From IMG/VR virus record IMGVR_UViG_3300029922_000017, positions 64,001 to 128,000 of that record: a stretch of 64,000 bases of DNA; one strand, 5' to 3'. The position numbers and the translations under genes are program-made. Shown here in pieces: positions 57,936 through 64,000 of this stretch. The notes under the pieces were generated by a model. It saw nothing but the letters and a program-made list of their open reading frames with translations. It was not told where the DNA came from and made no database searches. This stretch comes from a virus. Each line of letters begins with the position of its first letter. The stretch's first letter is position 1.

Positions 57936-58255
57936 TTTTCAATATGTTTATAGGTTCCGTTTTTCAACTGCTTCCATTTCCGTTTTTTGTTAATTTTCAA
58001 CTTCTGGCTGGCAAACTCAATCAAATCTTCCAACGAATGTCCTTTTCGCCATGCTGCATCCAGCAACAGCAACGTGCAGTCTGCCCATTCCATCTTATCA
58101 TCGGGATTATCTAACAACTCCTGAACTTCATCTTTTAAATGAAGTAATGGATACTTACAGGGTCTATCTTCCGGCGACCCAAACGCCTTACCAGAAAATT
58201 CATTACGGGCTTTTAAGAAAGCATTTATTTTTAGTATGTTGTTAATTTGAATCAT
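57932..58255 (-). CDS. dNTP pyrophosphohydrolase-like (DUF550/MazG-like)
   Basis: HL..EV.E, EWADC.LLLLDA, KL.INK.RKW. Confidence 0.72.
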   Translation of the reverse strand: MIQINNILKINAFLKARNEFSGKAFGSPEDRPCKYPLLHLKDEVQELLDNPDDKMEWADCTLLLLDAAWRKGHSLEDLIEFASQKLKINKKRKWKQLKNGTYKHIEK

Positions 58256-58285
58256 AAGTGGAGTATATCAATCTCAAACTAAAAG

Positions 58286-58468
58286 TCAAGGACTAATCAT
58301 TTTAAAATATTCGCTAGGAATAATTTCATTTTGATTAAATCCATAAAAATGGTCAATCAACAAGCCTTCGGGATGTAGTTTGCCAGTTATTATTAAACCT
58401 TTTGGATAAAAGGAATTACCACCATAACCGTGGTAATTCCATTTTTTTATTAGTCTTACTTTAATCAT
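58286..58468 (-). CDS. hypothetical protein
   Basis: Stop inside next -35. Confidence 0.55.
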   Translation of the reverse strand: MIKVRLIKKWNYHGYGGNSFYPKGLIITGKLHPEGLLIDHFYGFNQNEIIPSEYFKMISP

Positions 58469-58560
58469 TTTTCAAATTATATCATACACATATAAAAAGT
58501 CAATAAAATATTTTCGGAGTTTTTTCGGTGTTTTATTATTCTCGATGATATTTATAATAT

Positions 58561-58704
58561 ATGGGAAGAAAAAAGTTATATATCACCGAGGAAGATAAGA
58601 TGACCGCCGCCCGAAAATGGCGAATGGACTATTATTGGAGAAACCAGAAAAAAGAACAAAAACGTAATTTAAAAAATTATCATGAAAGAAAAAAGCCAAC
58701 TTGA
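58561..58704 (+). CDS. small basic MGRK protein upstream of HNH
   Basis: MGRKKLYITEEDK... 47 aa, TATTTATA upstream. Confidence 0.6.
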   Translation: MGRKKLYITEEDKMTAARKWRMDYYWRNQKKEQKRNLKNYHERKKPT

Positions 58705-59464
58705 ATATTCTCGTATTTGTCCCGAATGTAATGCTAAAATAGTATTAAAAAATAAGAATTCTTGGTGGGCAAATAGAAACAGTAAAAAATCATGTAGAAG
58801 ATGTGTGATTGGATATTCTCTTGAAGAGGAGAAATTTTTAATCGATAATTATTCTAAATTAGGACGGAAAGAATGTTCTAGGCAATTGAATAGAACGGAA
58901 TTTTCTATCGGAGTTAAGACAAGTAAACTCAGACTTGTTATGACACCCCAACCCAAAGACCCAATTAATAATAAAATATGTGTGAGATGTGATTTGGAAT
59001 TATCAAAAGATAGATTTGGAGTTACCAATCGAAACAAAGATAAACATAGTAATATGTGTAAATCATGTTCGCAATATGATAGGCGTCGGTCAGATAAACT
59101 TGAAAACAAGCGAAAATATGATGCAATCTACAAAACTAAAAAGAAAACTTGTCCTATATTTAAACTACGCAAAATAGTAAAAAAACGAATTACACGAGCA
59201 ATGAAACTAAAAAGTATAAAGAAAAGACATTCTATAATTAAATTGTTGGGATGTTCCATTATAGACTTGCAACAGCACTTAAAATCACAATTTAAATATG
59301 GAATGTCTTGGGATAATCATGGCTTTAAAGGTTGGCATATCGACCATATAATTCCACTTTCATCGGCCAAAACACAAGAAGAAATGGAAAGGCTATGTCA
59401 TTATACAAATCTCCAGCCTCTTTGGTGGTATGAGAATTTATCAAAAAAAGATAAGATATTATAA
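58682..59464 (+). CDS. HNH homing endonuclease, opposite to local gene direction
   Basis: LGCS..L..HL..QF..GMSWDNHG..WHIDHIIP..HYTNLQPLW..EN..K. Confidence 0.85.
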   Translation: MKEKSQLEYSRICPECNAKIVLKNKNSWWANRNSKKSCRRCVIGYSLEEEKFLIDNYSKLGRKECSRQLNRTEFSIGVKTSKLRLVMTPQPKDPINNKICVRCDLELSKDRFGVTNRNKDKHSNMCKSCSQYDRRRSDKLENKRKYDAIYKTKKKTCPIFKLRKIVKKRITRAMKLKSIKKRHSIIKLLGCSIIDLQQHLKSQFKYGMSWDNHGFKGWHIDHIIPLSSAKTQEEMERLCHYTNLQPLWWYENLSKKDKIL

Positions 59465-59836
59465 TCCCTTAAAATTGCATAGAACCATATGGAAACCCCA
59501 AAAATTCTTATCTACAATTTTCATCATATCTTTGATTTCCTGCGCCCGATTACATTGAACATTCATCCAAACATTTTTACGGGTAATTACAATGTCTTCT
59601 GGATTATATTCAAAATCGATAATTTCACCGTCCAAATGACGAATGGGATTTACATCGAAATTTCCATGAATTGCTGGCAGAGCAATTGAAATGTGGCAAC
59701 CATGCGCCGGTAATTGTGATGGTATCGTATTCCAGTGCGCCACATGAAATAGTTTCTGATAATAACGGCAAATATCGTAAGAACATATTATTCTTACGCC
59801 ATTCTTTATCTGTAGATAGCCATTACTTTTATACAC
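59459..59836 (-). CDS. possible 2H phosphoesterase-like protein
   Basis: HIS and HMV motifs at 2H-like spacing; second motif non-canonical. Confidence 0.4.
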   Translation of the reverse strand: MYKSNGYLQIKNGVRIICSYDICRYYQKLFHVAHWNTIPSQLPAHGCHISIALPAIHGNFDVNPIRHLDGEIIDFEYNPEDIVITRKNVWMNVQCNRAQEIKDMMKIVDKNFWGFHMVLCNFKGL

Positions 59837-59880
59837 GTCACCAGTATATACAAATACAACATCAAGTCAAGAAATTAAAT

Positions 59881-60124
59881 GAATGAAGGATATAATCGCC
59901 TTTCTGTAATTTAACTCCGACATATATCTCATTATTTCTAATGGTCGTATGCTACTAACGACTGCTTCAACCTTCGCATTATCGGGAAACATTACCCTAG
60001 CGACTTTAGAATTGCAGATACCTTGAGGTAATAACGGGCTATTAACCCTTCCTCGGCTGTTTTTCTGTGACGAATTTCCTCTATTATAGGGCTTTACCTA
60101 TAACAGCGTCGGAGTCCTTCATTC
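59881..60124 (-). ncRNA. rnpB: RNase P RNA, reduced (244 nt)
   Basis: P1 GAATGAAGGA/TCCTTCATTC, P2 CTCCGAC/GTCGGAG, P3 hairpin, GAGGAAATTCGTC ... AGATATATG ... ACAGAAAGGCGATTAT (P4). Confidence 0.8.
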
Positions 60125-60137
60125 AAATTGAATAATA

Positions 60138-60359
60138 TCACACTTCCTTAAACAAGTCAAGGAATGTTTGTTCGGCTGTATCTCGGTTATTTAATGGATG
60201 TTCGTCTGTCCAATCAATTTCAACTTTTTTAGTATCTCTTACCCGAACATTTAAATATCTATTATTTTCAATTGACTCTATAACTTGTTTTAAGTTATGA
60301 TGACGTTCAAAATCAATAACCTGAACTACCATTTTATATACATTTACTTTATTATTCAT
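60138..60359 (-). CDS. hypothetical protein
   Basis: W.D.HPLN motif. Confidence 0.6.
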   Translation of the reverse strand: MNNKVNVYKMVVQVIDFERHHNLKQVIESIENNRYLNVRVRDTKKVEIDWTDEHPLNNRDTAEQTFLDLFKEV

Positions 60360-60487
60360 ATTTTAATCGTCCCATTCTTTGGAGCATCGGTTACATTTCC
60401 ATCTATGTGTCCAATTTGAGTATGCGGTTATCACAGTCTTATCTGAGTGGAAACACCATCTAAAATTAAAAAATGATAGCAATTTTC

Positions 60488-60880
60488 TCATAATCCATCC
60501 CTCACATTGAAATAACTTGGTTCAGTCGTAATTTGTTCGGTATAATACTTATCAATTGCTTGAGTGGCAAATTTAATGGCTTCTCTTTTTAACATCCAAC
60601 CAGCTTCAAATGTTTTTCCATATTTCTCTTTATAATTAAAGAGTCGTTCTTTAATCATAACAACATCCATTTCCTTTTCGGCGATGGATAACGACCATTG
60701 CGACCCTCTGGCTCGAAAATAGTAATATTCTCCAGTCATTAATTGACCCTCAATCTGCACCGGACATTGTCCGTTTGGCATTTCCAAGTCGTATGGGTTT
60801 TGAAATGTCCATGCCCACCAATTTAAAAATCGGTCAAAATAATAATTGTATATAAATCTATAATAAAGTTTTTTAAGCAT
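60488..60880 (-). CDS. hypothetical protein
   Basis: CPVQ.EG...YFRARG..WSL. Confidence 0.65.
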   Translation of the reverse strand: MLKKLYYRFIYNYYFDRFLNWWAWTFQNPYDLEMPNGQCPVQIEGQLMTGEYYYFRARGSQWSLSIAEKEMDVVMIKERLFNYKEKYGKTFEAGWMLKREAIKFATQAIDKYYTEQITTEPSYFNVRDGL

Positions 60881-60881
60881 A

Positions 60882-61235
60882 TTATTTATTCTCTACGAAA
60901 AAAGTATGCCCCGCATTTCCACTATGACCAAACCCATACTTTCTAACTCGTTTAATTTTTCCTTCTTTTAAAAGTTGGTGAACTTGTTTTGTAACATCAA
61001 TAGAACGTGCATGATTATCCCAATATTTACGACTCGTTGTTGGGTCTGGTTTATGCCCATACATGACAATTCTATTTTCATCCTTGATGGGAAGATTTGA
61101 CATGACCAATGTTCGTAGTTCCGTATTATTCGCCATATTTTTTAATTCCTTCTTCACCATATCTATTTCTAAGGGCGGCAAAATATTCATTAGTCTTAAT
61201 TTTACAAGACCACACTTTGCCACAATAATCACCAC
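60882..61235 (-). CDS. hypothetical protein
   Basis: True start probably MANNTE, overlapping the ligase stop. Confidence 0.5.
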   Translation of the reverse strand: MVIIVAKCGLVKLRLMNILPPLEIDMVKKELKNMANNTELRTLVMSNLPIKDENRIVMYGHKPDPTTSRKYWDNHARSIDVTKQVHQLLKEGKIKRVRKYGFGHSGNAGHTFFVENK

Positions 61236-61800
61236 GAGTTTGAGTCCCTTTAAACATCATGCCTTCAAATAAAGGATATTTATTATCGGTTAATTTATGA
61301 AATTCCGGAGTATATACACCAGTTCTAACATCCTCAATTAATTTATCATTCATATTACCCATATACAATACTGGAGGAATTTTAACTAATGATTGGAACG
61401 TCTCGATAAAATCTAATGGAGTATAGAAATAATGATTTTTATGTCCGACCAATACATCAAATATGATTAATTCTTTGGGGTCTCCTTCAACATGAGTTCC
61501 AGCAAAAGATTTTGCACCCAGAAATTCTCCAAACACCACAATTTCACGTTGATTGCGTAATTCTTTATCTTTTCTAAAGAATTTGGTTAATTCATCTTGA
61601 TAATCTCTCTTAAATATAGTAACAGCTTCTCCAAGAAATTGATGGGACTCGTCTATTAATTCACGGCGGGAGCCATATAGATTAAATCCCTGTTTAAGAG
61701 TATATTTGCACCGGAAGTTGGAACCGTCTAGTTTGACAAATCCAATTCCATGCCCTCTAGGAGCCTTACTTGAATTTTGAATGGATGGATATTCTGTCAT
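61126..61800 (-). CDS. RNA ligase, Rnl2-like adenylation domain
   Basis: KLDGSN, GSR, FGEF, FDV, EGMM, KIK nucleotidyltransferase motifs. Confidence 0.75.
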   Translation of the reverse strand: MTEYPSIQNSSKAPRGHGIGFVKLDGSNFRCKYTLKQGFNLYGSRRELIDESHQFLGEAVTIFKRDYQDELTKFFRKDKELRNQREIVVFGEFLGAKSFAGTHVEGDPKELIIFDVLVGHKNHYFYTPLDFIETFQSLVKIPPVLYMGNMNDKLIEDVRTGVYTPEFHKLTDNKYPLFEGMMFKGTQTRGDYCGKVWSCKIKTNEYFAALRNRYGEEGIKKYGE

Positions 61801-61801
61801 A

Positions 61802-62227
61802 TTACTTATTATTTCTATTTAATCTAACATAATTCTCCTGCCAATAGGGAGACTCAACATCGTTGTTGATAATTGAAAAACTGGTAGTGGCTGGCTCAAT
61901 AAATTTATCAACAAATCTTTCTCGGATAAACATATAAAGTCGTTTGGCATCGTCAACATCTTTTTTTGCCAATTCCATTCTATTCTTCATCTGTTCGAGT
62001 TTAAAGGTGCTATAAGGTTCGGGATGCCCAAATCCTCCCAGTGAGGCTTCATCATATACGTCTCGACTCTTTTTATTCGCCGCCAGCGCACCCTCATATG
62101 TTCCTTTCATCATAGCATAATGCTCAATTGCGGATTGCTGTTGAAATACGAAGAAATCAAGAATAACTCTGGCACTTGCCGCACTATCTGATTTACTCAT
62201 TTCTACGTTGACAGTATGAAATATCAT
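61802..62227 (-). CDS. hypothetical protein
   Basis: Leaderless 141-aa ORF. Confidence 0.6.
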   Translation of the reverse strand: MIFHTVNVEMSKSDSAASARVILDFFVFQQQSAIEHYAMMKGTYEGALAANKKSRDVYDEASLGGFGHPEPYSTFKLEQMKNRMELAKKDVDDAKRLYMFIRERFVDKFIEPATTSFSIINNDVESPYWQENYVRLNRNNK

Positions 62228-62262
62228 ATTTGAGAGTATATCTGAGTTATAATAAAAGTCAA

Positions 62263-62721
62263 CTACTTTTGAATAAATCTTTTAATCTTAGCTTTCTGCC
62301 ACCACTTTAACACTTTACCACAATATTTTGGTTCTTTGCCACTGGCAGACTCTGGTATTACATTTTTAACCTTCAATGCATCCTCCACTTTTTGGAAATC
62401 CATATATCCAATTCGAATAAATGAAGTTGGCTCTTCCAACCATCCCTCATTTGTTATATTAATATCAAAAATACCATCGGGTTGCTTGGCTTTCACTTTA
62501 TTTTTAGTCCGATAAATTGCAATCGTTTCTCCGAGATGATATGGAATGGCGGTAATACATTGCTCAATGGTAGGAGAAACACATATTCTAGCACCTAAAG
62601 GCTCGGCTGGCGTCCTATTATGTGATTCATTATTATCAAAATCACGTGGGATTAAGTGTTCTATTTCATCTTCTAATGTAGTCGAAATATGATACCAGTA
62701 TCTTTTTTTATTATATAACAT
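62263..62721 (-). CDS. hypothetical protein, possible ADP-ribosyltransferase-like fold
   Basis: WYHIS, RICVSP..QC..AI, T.E.W pattern. Confidence 0.45.
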   Translation of the reverse strand: MLYNKKRYWYHISTTLEDEIEHLIPRDFDNNESHNRTPAEPLGARICVSPTIEQCITAIPYHLGETIAIYRTKNKVKAKQPDGIFDINITNEGWLEEPTSFIRIGYMDFQKVEDALKVKNVIPESASGKEPKYCGKVLKWWQKAKIKRFIQK

Positions 62722-62727
62722 AATATT

Positions 62728-62982
62728 TTAACCCGCATTAAACGATGCCAATACACAACCCGAAACCGAACCTTCTTTAGCAGTTCCAATTAATTCAACG
62801 TCAAGTGAAATCGGGGAATTTACCCATGCCGACCTACAATTAGTCCAAATCATTGGATTGCCGGAGGGGTCAATGTTAATAGCACTTTTTTCATCTTCGG
62901 CTATTACTACAATAGAGTCATAATCGTCATAACTCCACCTATCATTTCTCGTTAATTTGTATATATTCACGTGTTCTCCCAT
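62728..62982 (-). CDS. hypothetical protein
   Basis: YD.YDS.VV.A, VLASFNAG. Confidence 0.65.
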   Translation of the reverse strand: MGEHVNIYKLTRNDRWSYDDYDSIVVIAEDEKSAINIDPSGNPMIWTNCRSAWVNSPISLDVELIGTAKEGSVSGCVLASFNAG

Positions 62983-63156
62983 CCTTTATTCTTCTCCCAC
63001 TGTTCTTGGCTACAGGTATCTTGTCGACTATTAAACCCATTTTCACCAGACTTGAGGCGGCGGATTTCTTCTCTAAGTTCCGCTTTAGTGCGGGCGTCTT
63101 TTTTTGGTTTTGCTTTATATAAGATAATATTTATCATAATTTTTTAAGTTCGGAAG

Positions 63157-63378
63157 TTATATCAATTCTACCAGACGTTCCAGTTGTTCCGCCTGATATT
63201 TGGGTAATTTCAATTGAGGATATTTAACTGAGTCGGAATACATATCATTAATTCCGTCAATGATATATTCCAGCTTATCCAATGCCTGTAAATTGGATTT
63301 AGATTTTAATTTAGTGCGGAATGACTCTAATGAGTCGGCTTGCCATTTATTAATATCCTTTAATGAGGTTCTTTTCAT
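63157..63378 (-). CDS. hypothetical protein
   Basis: 73-aa ORF. Confidence 0.55.
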   Translation of the reverse strand: MKRTSLKDINKWQADSLESFRTKLKSKSNLQALDKLEYIIDGINDMYSDSVKYPQLKLPKYQAEQLERLVELI

Positions 63379-63384
63379 AGTTTT

Positions 63385-63642
63385 TTAATACGTTCCACCT
63401 TCAGCACAATTTTTGTGATAAGTTTCTATTGCCTGTTGTTTCTTGGTTAATTTCGTTGGTCTTTCCACGCCACAAATTGGACAATATTTCCATTTATCCG
63501 TCTGGACTATTCCAAATCCATATTTATATGACCAACCATCACAAGCATCAATATCCATCCCGTCCACTTCACAGGCGGAACGACTCCAATATTTTAAATG
63601 AGAACACCAGATTTTATTATTTTTCATTTTTATTAATAGCAC
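63385..63642 (-). CDS. hypothetical protein
   Basis: WCSH...YCPICG..RP. Confidence 0.6.
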   Translation of the reverse strand: MLLIKMKNNKIWCSHLKYWSRSACEVDGMDIDACDGWSYKYGFGIVQTDKWKYCPICGVERPTKLTKKQQAIETYHKNCAEGGTY

Positions 63643-63943
63643 TACAAATCTCCACTATTCGATTTGCCGCATTTTTTCGCTGTTCTTTACTACCATAAGT
63701 AGCACAGCAAGCACACCCAACACTCGACATTGGATATTTACAAGTGCATCTCGGATGACATGGCTTATCGGCAATTAAACATGGACATTTCATGTCATTT
63801 AAAGATAATTGAAATCTCACTCCACCTTGAATTGCTACATTATATGCAGCTTCATGACTGGTGGCTGGAAATGACTCCATAACAGAGTCATATATCTTTT
63901 TCTCTTCTCTGGTCAACGAATTATATGTATATTCATTCTTCAT
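63617..63943 (-). CDS. Cys-rich hypothetical protein
   Basis: 108-aa ORF. Confidence 0.55.
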   Translation of the reverse strand: MKNEYTYNSLTREEKKIYDSVMESFPATSHEAAYNVAIQGGVRFQLSLNDMKCPCLIADKPCHPRCTCKYPMSSVGCACCATYGSKEQRKNAANRIVEICSAINKNEK

Positions 63944-64000
63944 ATTATTTCAATAAGTCTAAGAGTTCGATGGCATCTATGATTTTGGTTCCGTATTTCT

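Noticed and set aside
1-64000. CRISPR array
   Set aside because: No equally spaced identical repeats; the dispersed repeats are promoters separated by whole genes
1-64000. Stop-codon reassignment
   Set aside because: Recognisable genes are full length in the standard code and end on TAA, TGA or TAG with tight coupling
1-64000. Bacteroidota host inferred from lack of SD sequences
   Set aside because: Promoters are TTGACA/TATAAT type rather than the TTTG/TAnnTTTG type; host left unassigned

Overview
AT-rich segment of a large (probably jumbo) dsDNA bacteriophage genome, standard genetic code. About 130 mostly short ORFs run in three blocks: minus strand 1-4.3 kb, plus strand 4.4-18.3 kb, and mostly minus strand 18.9-64 kb. 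More than 50 near-identical sigma70-type promoters (TTGAC[A/T]-N16-TAT[A/T][C/A]T, counted by eye) drive mostly leaderless genes, and the -35 box often supplies the TGA stop of the preceding gene. Recognisable proteins include a DUF932 protein, Gp88-like, RNase HI, a deaminase, Rnl1- and Rnl2-type ligases, a macro domain, phosphoesterases, a BCS1-like AAA ATPase, an RlmN-like radical SAM, a TyrA-like dehydrogenase, rIIA/rIIB and several homing endonucleases. The non-coding RNA content is the most notable part: six tRNA genes (one with a 201-nt group I intron, one lacking a D-arm), a reduced RNase P RNA, two kissing-loop RNAs, tRNA-like RNAs, and a 224-nt RNA that reproduces the uL11-binding H43-H44 domain of 23S rRNA with compensatory base changes. 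All family assignments come from motif recognition and all counts and folds were done by eye; no searches were run.
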